Source of the DNA: the human T2T-CHM13v2.0 reference genome, Homo sapiens
Assembly (NCBI GenBank): GCA_009914755.4
Contig: CP086569.2
Location: 11,872,001-11,936,000, forward strand
Direction: 5' to 3'
Length of the DNA: 64,000 nt
The first letter of the stretch is position 1, and each line of letters opens with the position of its first letter. The position numbers were made by a program, and so were the translations under genes. Shown here in pieces: positions 40,209-54,517 of this stretch. The notes under the pieces were generated by a model that saw only the letters and a program-made list of their open reading frames with translations, was not told where the DNA came from and made no database searches.

Positions 40209-42160
40209 AGAATTGAATGGACTCGAAAGGAATATAATGGAATGGAATGGACTCGAATGGAATGTACTAGGGTTGAATGGAATCGAAAGGAATGGAAAAC
40301 AATGGAAAGGAAAGGAAGGGAATTGAAAGGAAAGGAATGGAATGGAATCGGATGGAACAGAATTGAATGGAATGGAAACTAAAGGAATAGAATAGAAAGG
40401 AATGGCATTGAATGGAATGGAAATGAATGGAATCAGATGGAACAGAAAGGAATGGAATAGAATCGAATGGAATGGCATCGAATGGATTGGAATGGAATGT
40501 AATGGAATGGAATGGAAAGGAATGGAATGGACTCGAATGGAATGTACTCAAATGGAATAGAATAGAATGGAATGGAAGTAAATATAATGGACTCGAGTGG
40601 AATGGATTGGAAGAAATTGGAATTGAATGTATTGGATTCGAATGGAAAGGAATGGAATGGAATGGAATGGAATGGAATGGAATGGAAAGCAATGGAATGG
40701 ATTCGAATGGAATGGAACGAATTGGATTGTAATTGAATGGAGTCGAAAACAGTAGAAAGAAAAGAAGTTTAATCGAATGATATCGAATGGAATTGAATGG
40801 AATGTACGCGAATGGAATGGACTGGAATGGAATGGAATGGAATGACATGTAATGGAATCGAAAGGAATGGAATCGAATGAAATGGAATTGAATGGAATAG
40901 AAAGGAATAGAATGGAATGGAGTTTAATGGAAAGATATTAAAAGTAATGGAATGGAATTGAGTGGACACAAATGGAAAGGAATGGAATGGAAAGGACTCG
41001 AATGAAATGGACCGCATTAGAATGGACTCGAATGGAACGGATTGGTGTGGAATGGTCTCGAATGGATTGGAAACGAATGGAATGGAAAAGAATAGAATGG
41101 AATGTAATCAAATGGAACGAAATGGAATGGAATGGATTCAACTGGAACAGAATTGAATGGAGTGGAATTGAATGGAATGGAATGCAATCGAATGGAATGG
41201 ACACGAATCGAATAGAATGAAATGATATGGCATAGAATGGAATGGAATGGAATGGAATGGAATGGAATGGAATGGAATGGCATGGAATGGAATGGAATGG
41301 CATGGAATGAAATGGATTGGAATGGGATGGGCCCAAAAGTAATGGACTAAAATAAAAGGGACTCAAATAGAATGAATTGTAAAGAAACGTTCTCGAATGT
41401 AATTTATTCGAATAGAATGATATTGAATGGAATGCAATAGTATGGAATGGTATCGAATAGAATGGAATGGAATGGAACTTAATGGAGTGCATTTGAACGG
41501 ACTCAAATGCAATAAATGGCAATATAATTGATTCAAATGGAATGGAATCGAATAGAATGTAAACAAATGGAATGGAAGGCAATGCAATGGAAAGGAATCG
41601 AATGAAATGGAATAAATGGGATGGAATCGAATGGAGAGGACACGAATATAATGGAATGTCAAGGAAAGGTCTCGAATCGAATTTATTCCAATAGAATGGA
41701 ATCGAATGGAATGCAATACTATTGAATCAAATCGAATGGAATGGAATTGAATGGAATGGACAGGAATGGAATGAACTGGAAGTGAATAGACAAGAACATA
41801 ATATATTGCAATGTAATTTATTCAAATGGAATGGAATGCAATAGAATGGAATGGACGCGATTGCAATGGACTGGAGTTGAATGGACTGAAATGGAATTTA
41901 AACGAATGTAATGGAATGGAACGGAAAGCAAAGGAATCTACCGGAATGGAATCGAACGGAACAGAAAGGAATGGAATGGAGTGGAATGGACTCGAATGGA
42001 ATGTATTCGAATGTAATGGACCGGAAAGGAATGGAATCCAATGGAATGGAATTGAATGGAATCAAAAGGAATAGAAAGGAATAGAGTGTAATTGAATGAT
42101 ATCGAATGGAAGGGAATGGAATGAAGTCGAATGGAATGCACTGGAATGGAATGGACTCAA

Positions 42161-43528
42161 TCAGAACGGACTGGAGAGGAATGTACACAAATGGAATGGA
42201 AACGAATGGAATGGAATGAAATGGAATGGAATGCAATGGAATTGAAAGGAACGGAATCAAAAGGAATGGAATGGAATGGATTGGAATAGAATGGATTCAA
42301 ATAAAATAGAATCGATTGCAATGGTATTGAATGGAAGGGACTTGAATGGAATGGAAAGCAAAGGAAGATATTGGAATCGAATGGCATCGAATGAAATGGA
42401 ATGGAACGGAATGGAACGGACCCGAATGGAATGGAATGGACTCAAATGTAATGGACTCGAATGGAATCGACTGAAATATAATAGACTCGAAAGGAATGGC
42501 CTCGAGCGGAATTTATTTGAATAGAATGGAATGAAATGGAATACAATAGTATGGAATGGAATCGAATGGAATGGAATCGAATGGAATGTAATCAAAGGGA
42601 ATGCAACGGAATTCAATATAATGGAGTAGAATGGAATGCATTGGAAAGGAGCAGAGTGGAATCGAGTGGATTGGAATCGAGTGGAATGGAATCAAAGGGA
42701 ACAAAATCAAATTGAATGGACTTGAATGGAATTGAGTCGAAAGGAATTGACTCGAAAGGAATGGACTGGAACAAAAAGGAATCAAATGGACAGGAATGGA
42801 ATGGAATGGACTCGAATGGAATGGAGTCAAATGCAAACGCATCGAATGGAATGGATTCAAATGGAATGCAATTGAATGGAATAGAAAGGAAGAGAATGGA
42901 ATTGAGAGTAATGGAAAGATATCGATTGGAATGAAATGGAATGGAAAGGAATTGAATGGAAAGGAAAGGACTCGAAAGAAATGGGTTGGAAAGGAATGGT
43001 CACCAATGGAATGGACTGGAGTGGAATGGAATCGAATGGAATGAAAAGAATGGAACGGAATGGAACGGAAAAGAATAGAATGTTATGGAATCCGATTGGA
43101 CAGAATGGAATGGAATGCAGTTTCATGAAATGGAGTCGAATAGAGTGGCATGAAAAGGAATGGAATGGAGTGGACTCAAAAGGAATGGACTCGAAAGGAA
43201 TGGAGCCGAACCAAATTGAATCAAATGGATTGGAGTCGAACAGAATGGAATGGAATGGAATGAACTCGACTGGAGTAGAGAGGAATGAAAAGGAATAGAA
43301 TGGAATGTAATCAAATGGATTGCAAGTGAATGGAATCAAAAATAATAGAAAGGAATGGAGTGTAAAAGGATGATATTTAATTAAATGGAATGGAAAGGAA
43401 TTTAATGGAATGGAGTCGAAGGAATGGACAGGAATGTAATGGACTCCAATGGAATGGAATGGATCAAAATGAATTTGAACAGATTGGAATCGAACGGAAT
43501 GGAATGCAATGAAATGGAATGGACTCGA
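42161..43528 (+). repeat. 1.37 kb sub-block copy 1 (subtype a; native position in the unit).
   Basis: Starts at the canonical offset (~1950) of unit 8. The 82-aa ORF at 42796 ends ...KERTRKKWVGKEWSPMEWTGVEWNRME. Confidence 0.8.
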
Positions 43529-44881
43529 TCAGAACGGACTGGAGAGGAATGTACACAAATGGAATGGAAACAAAAGGAATGGAATGAAATGGAATTGAAA
43601 GGAACGGAATCAAATGGAATGGAATGGAATGGATTGGAATAGAATGGATTCAAATAAAATAGAATCGATTGCAATGGTATTGAATGGAAGGGACTTGAAT
43701 GGAATGGAAAGCAATGGAAGATATTGGAATAGAATGGCATCGAATGAAATGGAATGGAACGGAATGGAACGGACCGGAATGGAATGGAATGGACTCAAAT
43801 GTAATGGACTCGAATGGAATCGACTGAAATATAATAGACTCGAAAGGAATGGCCTCGAGCGGAATTTATTTGAATAGAATGGAATCATATGGAATACAAT
43901 AGTAGGGAATGGAATCGAATGGAATGTAATCGAATGGAATGTAATCAAATGGAATGGAACGGAATTCAATATAATGGAGTAGAATGGAATGCATTGGAAA
44001 GGAGCAGAGTGGAATCGAGTGGATTGGAATCGAGTGGAATGGAATCAAAGGGATCGAAATCGAATTGAATGGACTTGAATGGAATTGAGTCGAAAGGAAT
44101 TGACTCGAAAGGAATGGACTGGAACAAAAAGGAATCAAATGGACAGGAATGGAATGGAATGGACTCGAATGGAATGGAGTCAAATGCAAACGCATCGAAT
44201 GGAATGGATTCAAATGGAATGCAATTGAATGGAATAGAAAGGAAGAGAATGGAATTGAGAGTAATGGAAAGATATCGATTGGAATGAAATGGAATGGAAA
44301 GGAATTGAATGGAATGGAATGGACTCGAAAGAAATGGATTGGAATGGAATGGTCTCCAAAGGAATGGACTGGAGTGGAATGGAATCGAATGGAAAGAAAA
44401 GAATGGAACGGAATGGAACGGAAAGGAATAGAATGTTATGGAATCCGATTGGACAGAATGGAATGGAATGCAGTTTCATGAAATGGAGTCGAATAGAGTG
44501 GCATCAAAAGGAATGGAATGGAGTGGACTCAAAAGGAATGGACTCGAAAGGAATGGAGTCGAACCAAATTGAATCAAATGGATTGGAGTCGAACAGAATG
44601 GAATGGAATGGAATGAAGTCGACTGGAGTAGAGAGGAATGAAAAGGAATAGAATGGAATGTAATCAAATGGATTGCAAGTGAATGGAATCAAAAATAATA
44701 GAAAGGAATGGAGTGTAAAGGGATGATATTGAATTAAATGGAATGGAATGGAATTTAATGGAATAGAGCCGAAGGAATGGACAGGAATGTAATGGACTGT
44801 AATGGAATGGAATGGATCAAAATGGATTTGAACAGATTGGAATCGAACGGAATGAAATGCAATGAAATGGAATGGACTCGA
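43529..44881 (+). repeat. 1.37 kb sub-block copy 2 (subtype b, 1353 bp).
   Basis: The junction is at 43529. The 110-aa ORF at 44149 (...MEWTRKKWIGMEWSPKEW...MERKGIECYGIRLDRMEWNAVS) marks subtype b. Confidence 0.8.
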
Positions 44882-46259
44882 TCAGAAAGGACAGGAGAGG
44901 GATGTACACAAATGGAATGGAAACGAAAGGAATGGAATGAAATGGAATGGAATGCAATGTAATTGAAAGGAACGGAATCAAATTGAACGGAATGGAATGG
45001 AATGGAATGGATTGGAATAGAATGGATTCAAATAAAATAGAATCGATTGCAATGGTATTGAATGGAAAGGACTTGAATGGAATGGAAAGCAATGGAAGAT
45101 ATTGGAATCGAATGGCATCGAATGAAAGGGAATGGAACGGAATGGAACGGAGCGGAATGCAACGGAATGGACTCAAATGTAATGGACTCGAATGGAATCG
45201 ACTGAAATATAATAGACTCGAAAGGAATGGCCTCGAGCGGAATTTATTTGAATAGAATGGAATCAAATGGAATACAATAGTATGGAATGGAATCGAATGG
45301 AATGGAATCGAATGGAATGTAATCAAATGGAAGGGAACAGAATTCAATATAATTTAGTAGAATGGAATGCATTGGAAAGGAGCAGAGTGGAATCGAGTGG
45401 ATTGGAATCGAGTGGAATGGAATCAAAGGGAACGAAATCGAATTGAATGGACTTGAATGGAATTGAGTCGAAAGGAATTGACTCGAAAGGAATGGACTGG
45501 AACAAATAGGAATCAAATGGACAGGAATGGAATGGAATGGACTCGAATGGAATGGAGTCAAATGCAAACGCATCGAATGGAATGGATTCAAATGGAATGC
45601 AATTGAATGGAATAGAAAGGAAAAGAATGGAATTGAGAGTAATGGAAAGATATCGATTGGAATGAAATGGAATGGAAAGGAATTGATTGGAAAGGAAAGG
45701 ACTCGAAAGAAATGGGTTGGAATGGAATGGTTTCCAATGGAATGGACAGGAGTGGAATGGAATCGAATGGAATGAAAAGAATGGAACGGAATGGAACGGA
45801 AAGGAATAGAATGTTATGGAATCCGATTGGACAGAATGGAATGGAATGCAGTTTCATGAAATGGAGTCGAATAGAGTGGCATCAAAAGGAATGGAATGGA
45901 GTGGACTCAAAAGGAATGGACTCGAATGGAATGGAGTCGAACCAAATTGAATCAAATGGATTGGAGTCGAACAGAATGGAATGGAATGGAATGAAGTCGA
46001 CTGGAGTAGAGAGGAATGAAAAGGAATAGAATGGAATGTAATCAAATGGATTGCAAGTGAATGGAATCAAAAATAATAGAAAGGAATGGAGTGTAAAAGG
46101 ATGATATTTAATTATATGGAATGGAATGGAATTTAATGGAATGGAGTCGAAGGAATGGACAGGAATGTAATGGACTCCAATGGAATGGAATGGATCAAAA
46201 TGGACTTGAACAGATTGGAATCGAACGGAATGGAATGCAATGAAATAGAATGGACTCGA
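44882..46259 (+). repeat. 1.37 kb sub-block copy 3 (subtype a, 1378 bp).
   Basis: The junction is at 44882. The 82-aa ORF at 45527 is a-type. Confidence 0.8.
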
Positions 46260-47632
46260 TCAGAACGGACTGGAGAGGAATGTACACAAATGGAATGGAA
46301 ACGAATGGAATGGAATGAAATGGAATGGAAGGCAATGGAATTGAAAGGAACGGAATCAAATGGAATGGAATGGAATGGAATGGATTGGAATAGAATGGAT
46401 TCAAATAAAATAGAATCGATTGCAAAGGTATTGAATGGAAGGGACTTGAATGGAATGGAAAGCAATGGAAGATATTGGAATCGAATGGCATCGAATGAAA
46501 TGGAATGCAACGGAATGGAACGGACCCGAATGGAATGGAATGGACTCAAATGTAATGGACTCGAATGGAATCGACTGAAATATAATAGACTCGAAAGGAA
46601 TGGCCTCGAGCGGAATTTATTTGAAAAGAATGGAATCATATGGAATACAATAGTAGGGAATGGAATCGAATGGAATGGAATCGAATGGAATGCAATCAAA
46701 TGGAATGGAACGGAATTCAATGTAATGGAGTAGAATGGAATGCATTGGAAAGGAGCAGAGTGGAATCGAGTGGATTGGAATCGAGTGGAATGGAATCAAA
46801 GGGAACGAAATCGAATTGAATGGACTTGAATGGAATTGAGTCGAAAGGAATTGACTCGAAAGGAATGGACTGGAACAAAAAGGAATCAAATGGACAGGAA
46901 TGGAATGGAATGGACTCGAATGGAATGGAGTCAAATGCAAACGCATCGAATGGAATGGATTCAAATGGAATGCAATTGAATGGAATAGAAAGGAAGAGAA
47001 TGGAATTGAGAGTAATGGAAAGATATCGATTGGAATGAAATGGAATGGAAAGGAATTGAATGGAATGGAATGGACTCGAAAGAAATGGATTGGAATGGAA
47101 TGGTCTCCAATGGAATGGACTGGAGTGGAATGGAATCGAATGGAAAGAAAAGAATGGAACGGAATGGAGCGGAAAGGAATAGAATGTTATGGAATCCGAT
47201 TGGACAGAATGGAATGGAATGCAGTTTCATGAAATGGAGTCGAATAGAGTGGCATCAAAAGGAATGGAATGGAGTGGACTCAAAAGGAATGGACTCGAAA
47301 GGAATGGAGTTGAACCAAATTGAATCAAATGGATTGGAGTCGAACAGAATGGAATGGAATTGAATGAACTCGACTGGAGGGGAGAGGAATGAAAAGGAAT
47401 AGAATGGAATGTAATCAAATGGATTGCAAGTGAATGGAATCAAAAATAATAGAAAGGAATGGAGTGTAAAGGGATGATATTGAATTAAATGGAATGGAAT
47501 GGAATTTAATGGAATGGAGTCGAAGGAATGGACAGGAATGTAATGGACTCCAATGGAATGGAATGGATCAAAATGGATTTGAACAGATTGGAATGGACCG
47601 GAATGGAATGCTATGAAATGGAATGGACTCGA
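46260..47632 (+). repeat. 1.37 kb sub-block copy 4 (subtype b, 1373 bp).
   Basis: The junction is at 46260. The 110-aa ORF at 46900 is b-type. Confidence 0.8.
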
Positions 47633-49010
47633 TCAGAACGGTCTGGAGAGGAATGTACATAAATGGAATGGAAACGAATGGAATGGAATGAAATGGAATG
47701 GAATGCAATGGAATTGAAAGGAACGGAATCAAATGGAACGGAATGGAATGGAATGGAATGGATTGGAATAGAATGGATTCAAATAAAATAGAATCGATTG
47801 CAATGGTATTGAATGGAAGGGACTTGAATGGAATGGAAAGCAATGGAAGATATTGGAATAGAATGGCATCGAATGAAATGGAATGGAACGGAATGGAACG
47901 GACCGGAATGGAATGGAATAGACTCAAATGTAATGGACTCGAATGGAATCGACTGAAATATAATAGACTCGAAAGGAATGGCCTCGAGCGGAATTTATTT
48001 GAATAGAATGGAATCAAATGGAATACAATAGTATGGAATGGAATCGAATGGAATGGAATCGAATGGAATGTAATCAAATGGAATGGAACAGAATTCAATA
48101 TAATGGAGTAGAATGGAATGCATTGGAAAGGAGCAGAGTGGAATCGAGTGGATTGGAATCGAGTGAAATGGAATCAAAGGGAACGAAATCGAATTGAATG
48201 GACTTGAATGGAATTGAGTCGAAAGGAATTGACTCGAAAGGAATGGACTGGAACAAAAAGGAATCAAATGGACAGGAATGGAATGGAATGGACTCGAATG
48301 GAATGGAGTCAAATGCAAACGCATCGAATGGAATGGATTCAAATGGAATGCAATTGAATGGAATAGAAAGGAAGAGAATGGAATTGAGAGTAATGGAAAG
48401 ATATCGATTGGAATGAAATGGAATGGAAAGGAATTGAATGGAAAGGAAAGGACTCGAAAGAAATGGGTTGGAATGGAATGGTCTCCAATGGAATGGACTG
48501 GAGTGGAATGGAATCGAATGGAATGAAAAGAATGGAACGGAATGGAACGTAAAGGAATAGAATGTTATGGAATCCGATTGGTCAGAATGGAATGGAATGC
48601 AGTTTCATGAAATGGAGTCGAATATAGTGGCATCAAAAGGAATGGAATGGAGTGGACTCAAAAGGAATGGACTCGAAAGGAATGGAGTCGAACCAAATTG
48701 AATCAAAGAGATTGGAGTCGAACAGAATGGAATGGAATGGAATGAACTCGACTGGAGTAGAGAGGAATGAAAAGGAATAGAATGGAATGTAATCAAATGG
48801 ATTGCAAGTGAATTGAATCAAAAATAATAGAAAGGAATGGAGTGTAAAAGGATGATATTTAATTAAATGGAATGGAAAGGAATTTAATGGAATGGAGTCG
48901 AAGGAATGGACAGGAATGTAATGGACTCCAATGGAATGGAATGGATCAAAATGAATTTGAACAGATTGGAATCGAACGGAATGGAATGCAATGAAATGGA
49001 ATGGACTCGA
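47633..49010 (+). repeat. 1.37 kb sub-block copy 5 (subtype a, 1378 bp).
   Basis: The junction is at 47633. The 82-aa ORF at 48278 is a-type. Confidence 0.8.
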
Positions 49011-50388
49011 TCAGAACGGACTGGAGAGGAATGTACACAAATGGAATGGAAACGAATGTAATGGAATGAAATGGAATGGAATGCAATGGAATTGAAAGGA
49101 ACGGAATCAAATGGAATGGAATGGAATGGAATGGAATGGATTGGAATAGAATGGATTCAAATAAAATAGAATCGATTGCAATGGTATTGAATGGAAGGGA
49201 CTTGAATGGAATGGAAAGCAATGGAAGATATTGGAATCGAATGGCATCGAATGAAATGGAATGGAACGGAATAGAACGGACTGGAATGGAATGGAATGGA
49301 CTCAAATGTAATGGACTCGAATGGAATCGACTGAAATACAATAGACTCGAAAGGAATGGCCTCGAGCGGAATTTATTTGAATAGAATGGAATCAAATGGA
49401 ATACAATAGTATGGAATGGAATCGAATGGAATGGAATCGAATGGAATGTAATCAAATGGAATGGAACGGAATTCAATATAATGGAGTACAATGGAATGCA
49501 TTGGAAAGGAGCAGAGTGGAATCGAGTGGATTGCAATCGAGTGGAATGGAATCAAAGGGAATGAAATCGAATTGAATGGACTTGAATGGAATTGAGTCGA
49601 AAGGAATTGACTCGAAAGGAATGGACTGGAACAAAAAGGAATCAAATGGACAGGAATGGAATGGAATGGACTCGAATGGAATGGAGTCAAATGCAAACGC
49701 ATCGAATGGAATGGATTCAAATGGAGTGCAATTAAATGGAATAGAAAGGAAGAGAATGGAATTGAGAGTAATGGAAAGATATCGATTGGAATGAAATGGA
49801 ATGGAAAGGAATTGAATGGAAATGAATGGACTCGAAAGAAATGGATTGGAATGGAATGGTCTCCAATGGAATGGACTGGAGTGGAATGGAATCGAATGGA
49901 AAGAGTAGAATGGAACGGATTGGAACGGAAAGGAATAGAATGTTATGGAATCCGATTGGACAGAATGGAATGGAATGCAGTTTCATGAAATGGAGTCGAA
50001 TAGAGTGGCATCAAAAGGAATGGAATGGAGTGGACTCAAAAGGAATGGACTCGAATGGAATGGAGTCGAACCAAATTGAATCAAATGGATTGGAGTCGAA
50101 CAGAATGGAATGGAATGGAATGAAGTCGACTGGAGTAGAGAGGAATGAAAAGGAATAGAATGGAATGTAATCAAATGGATTGCAAGTGAATGGAATCAAA
50201 AATAATAGAAAGGAATGGAGTGTAAAGGGATGATATTGAATTAAATGGAATGGAATGGAATTTAATGGAATGGAGCCGAAGGAATGGACAGGAATGTAAT
50301 GGACTCTAATGGAATGCAATGGATCAAAATGGATTTGAACAGATTGGAATCGAACGGAATGGAATGCAATGAAATGGAATGGACTCGA
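49011..50388 (+). repeat. 1.37 kb sub-block copy 6 (subtype b, 1378 bp).
   Basis: The junction is at 49011. The 110-aa ORF at 49656 is b-type. Confidence 0.8.
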
Positions 50389-51766
50389 TCAGAAAGGACA
50401 GGAGAGGGATGTACACAAATGGAATGGAAACGAAAGGAATGGAATGAAATGGAATGGAATGCAATGTAATTGAAAGGAACGGAATCAAATTGAACGGAAT
50501 GGAATGGAATGGAATGGATTGGAATAGAATGGATTCAAATAAAATTGAATCGATTGCAATGGTATTGATTGGAAAGGACTTGAATGGAATGGAAAGCAAT
50601 GGAAGATATTGGAATCGAATGGCATCGAATGAAAGGGAATGGAACGGAATGGAATGGAGCGTAATGGATTGGAATGGACTCAAATGTAATGGACTCGAAT
50701 GGAATCGACTGAAATATAATAGACTCGAAAGGAATGGCCTCGAGCGGAATTTATTTGAATAGAATGGAATCAAATGGAATACAATAGTATGGAATGGAAT
50801 CAAATGGAATGGAATCGAATGGAATATAATCAAATGGAAGGGAACAGAATTCAATATAATTTAGTAGAATGGAATGCATTGGAAAGGAGCAGAGTGGAAT
50901 CGAGTGGATTGGAATCGAGTGGAATGGAATCAAAGGGAACGAAATCGAATTGAATGGACTTGAATGGAATTGAGTCGAAAGGAATTGACTCGAAAGGAAT
51001 GGACTGGAACAAAAAGGAATCAAATGGACAGGAATGGAATGGAATGGACTCGAATGGAATGGAGTCAAATGCAAACGCATCGAATGGAATGGATTCAAAT
51101 GGAATGCAATTGAATGGAATAGAAAGGAAGAGAATGGAATTGAGAGTAATGGAAAGATATCGATTGGAATGAAATGGAATGGAAAGGAATTGAATGGAAT
51201 GGAATGGACTCGACAGAAATGGATTGGAATGGAATGGTCTCCAATGGAATGGACTGGAGTGGAATGGAATCGAATGGAAAGAAAAGAATGGAATGGAATG
51301 TAGCGGAAAGGAATAGAATGTTATGGATTCCGATTGGACAGAATGGAATGGAATGCAGTTTCATGAAATGGAGTCGAATAGAGTGGCATCAAAAGGATTG
51401 GAATGGAGTGGACTCAAAAGGAATGGACTCGAAAGGAATGGAGTTGAACCAAATTGAATCAAATGGATTGGAGTTGAACAGAATGGAATGGAATTGAATG
51501 AACTCGACTGGAGTGGAGAGGAATGAAAAGGAATAGAATGGAATGTAATCAAATGGATTGCAAGTGAATGGAATCAAAAACAATAGAAAGGAATGGAGTG
51601 TAAAGGGATGATATTGAATTAAATGGAATGGAATGGAATTTAATGGAATGGAGTCGAAGGAATGGACAGGAATGTAATGGACTCCAATGGAATGGAATGG
51701 ATCAAAATGGATTTGAACAGATTGGAATGGACCGGAATGGAATGCTATGAAATGGAATGGACTCGA
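50389..51766 (+). repeat. 1.37 kb sub-block copy 7 (b-like, 1378 bp); this copy breaks the a/b alternation.
   Basis: The junction is at 50389. The ORF at 51034 (...MEWTRQKWIGMEWSPMEW...MERKEWNGM) is b-like. Confidence 0.75.
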
Positions 51767-53144
51767 TCAGAACGGTCTGGAGAGGAATGTACATAAATGG
51801 AATGGAAACGAATGGAATGGAATGAAATGGAATGGAATGCAATGGAATTGAAAGGAACGGAATCAAATGGAACGGAATGGAATGGAATGGAATGGATTGG
51901 AATAGAATGGATTCAAATAAAATAGAATCGATTGCAATGGTATTGAATGGAAGGGACTTGAATGGAATGGAAAGCAATGGAAGATATTGGAATAGAATGG
52001 CATCGAATGAAATGGAATGGAACGGAATGGAACGGACCGGAATGGAATGGAATAGACTCAAATGTAATGGACTCGAATGGAATCGACTGAAATATAATAG
52101 ACTCGAAAGGAATGGCCTCGAGCGGAATTTATTTGAATAGAATGGAATCAAATGGAATACAATAGTATGGAATGGAATCGAATGGAATGGAATCGAATGG
52201 AATGTAATCAAATGGAATGGAACGGAATTCAATATAATGGAGTAGAATGGAATGCATTGGAAAGGAGCAGAGTGGAATCGAGTGGATTGGAATCGAGTGG
52301 AATGGAATCAAAGGGAACGAAATCGAATTGAATGGACTTGAATGGAATTGAGTCGAAAGGAATTGACTCGAAAGGAATGGACTGGAACAAAAACGAATCA
52401 AATGGACAGGAATGGAATGGAATGGACTCGAATGGAATGGAGTCAAATGCAAACGCATCGAATGGAATGGATTCAAATGGAATGCAATTGAACGGAATAG
52501 AAAGGAAGAGAATGGAATTGAGAGTAATGGAAAGATATCGATTGGAATGAAATGGAATGGAAAGGAATTGAATGGAAAGGAAAGGACTCGAAAGAAATGG
52601 GTTGGAATGGAATGGTTTCCAATGGAATGGACTGGAGTGGAGTGGAATCGAATGGAATGAAAAGAATGGAACGGAATGGAACGGAAAGGAATAGAATGTT
52701 ATGGAATCCGATAGGACAGAATGGAATGGAATGCAGTTTCATGAAATGGAGTCGAATAGAGTGGCATGAAAAGGAATGGAATGGAGTGGACTCAAAAGGA
52801 TTGGACTCGAAAGGAAAGAAGTCGAACCAAATTGAATCAAATGGATTGGAGTCGAACAGGATGGAATGGAATGGAATGAAGTCGACTGGAGTAGAGAGGA
52901 ATGAAAAGGAATAGAATGGAATGTAATCAAATGGATTGCAAGTGAATGGAATCAAAAATAATAGAAAGGAATGGAGTGTAAAAGGATGATATTTAATTAT
53001 ATGGAATGGAATGGAATTTAATGGAATGGAGTCGAAGGAATGGACAGGAATGTAATGGACTCCAATGGAATGGAATGGATCAAAATGGACTTGAACAGAT
53101 TGGAATCGAACGGAATGGAATGCAATGAAATAGAATGGACTCGA
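51767..53144 (+). repeat. 1.37 kb sub-block copy 8 (subtype a, 1378 bp).
   Basis: The junction is at 51767. The 82-aa ORF at 52412 is a-type. Confidence 0.8.
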
Positions 53145-54517
53145 TCAGAACGGACTGGAGAGGAATGTACACAAATGGAATGGAAACGAATGGAATGGAA
53201 TGAAATGGAATGGAAGGCAATGGAATTGAAAGGAACGGAATCAAATGGAATGGAATGGAATGGAATGGATTGGAATAGAATGGATTCAAATAAAATAGAA
53301 TCGATTGCAATGTTATTGAATGGAAGGGACTTGAATGGAATGGAAAGCAATGGAAGATATTGGAATCGAATGGCATCGAATGAAATGGAATGGAACGGAA
53401 TGGAACGGACCCGAATGGAATGGAATGGACTCAAATGTAATGGACTCGAATGGAATCGACTGAAATATAATATACTCGAAAGGAATGGCCTCGAGCGGAA
53501 TTTATTTGAATAGAATTTAATCAAATGGAATACAATAGTATGGAATGGAATCGAATGGAATGGAATCGAATGGAATGGAATCAAATGGAATGGAACGGAA
53601 TTCAATATAATGGAGTAGAATGGAATGCATTGGAAAGGAGCAGAGTGGAATCGAGTGGATTGGAATCGAGTGGAATGGAATCAAAGGGAACGAAATCGAA
53701 TTGAATGGACTTGAATGGAATTGAGTCGAAAGGAATTGACTCGAAAGGAATGGACTGGAACAAAAAGGAATCAAATGGACAGGAATGGAATGGAATGGAC
53801 TCGAATGGAATGTAGTCAAATGCAAACGCATCGAATGGAATGGATTCAAATGGAATGCAATTGAATGGAATAGAAAGGAAGATAATGGAATTGCGAGTAA
53901 TGGAAAGATATCGATTGGAATGAAATGGAATGGAAAGGAATTGAATGGAAAGGAATGGACTCGAAAGAAATGGGTTGGAATGGAATGGTCTCCAATGGAA
54001 TGGACTGAAGTGGAATGGAATCGAATGGAATGAAAAGAATGGAACGGAATGGAACGGAAAGGAATAGAATGTTATGGAATCCGATTGGACAGAATGGAAT
54101 GGAATGCAGTTTCATGAAATGGAGTCAAATAGAGTGGCATCAAAAGGAATGGAATGGAGTGGACTCAAGAGGAATGGACTCGAAAGGAATGGAGGCGAAC
54201 CAAATTGAATCAAATGGATTGGAGTCGAACAGAATGGAATGGAATGGAATGAACTCGAGTGGAGTAGAGAGGAATGAAAAGGAATAGAATGGAATGTAAT
54301 CAAATGGATTGCAAGTGAATGGAATCAAAAATAATAGAAAGGAATGGAGTGTAAAGGGATGATATTGAATTAAATGGAATGGAACGGAATTTAATGGAAT
54401 GTAGTCGAAGGAATGGACAGGAATGTAATGGACTCCAATGGAATGGAATAGATCAAAATGGATTTGAACAGATTGGAATCGAACGGAATGGAATGCAATG
54501 AAAAGGAATGGACTCGA
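53145..54517 (+). repeat. 1.37 kb sub-block copy 9 (a-like hybrid, 1373 bp).
   Basis: The junction is at 53145. The ORF at 53785 reads ...KEWTRKKWVGMEWSPMEWTEVEWNRME. Confidence 0.75.

Noticed and set aside
40209-42160. Whether unit 8 represents a different satellite family or an inverted block.
   Set aside because: Landmarks occur in the same order and orientation as in other units (MELNVMNSNG..., MNAWNGIESN..., MESDGTERNG..., MDTNGKEWNG...). It is the same HOR, only more diverged.
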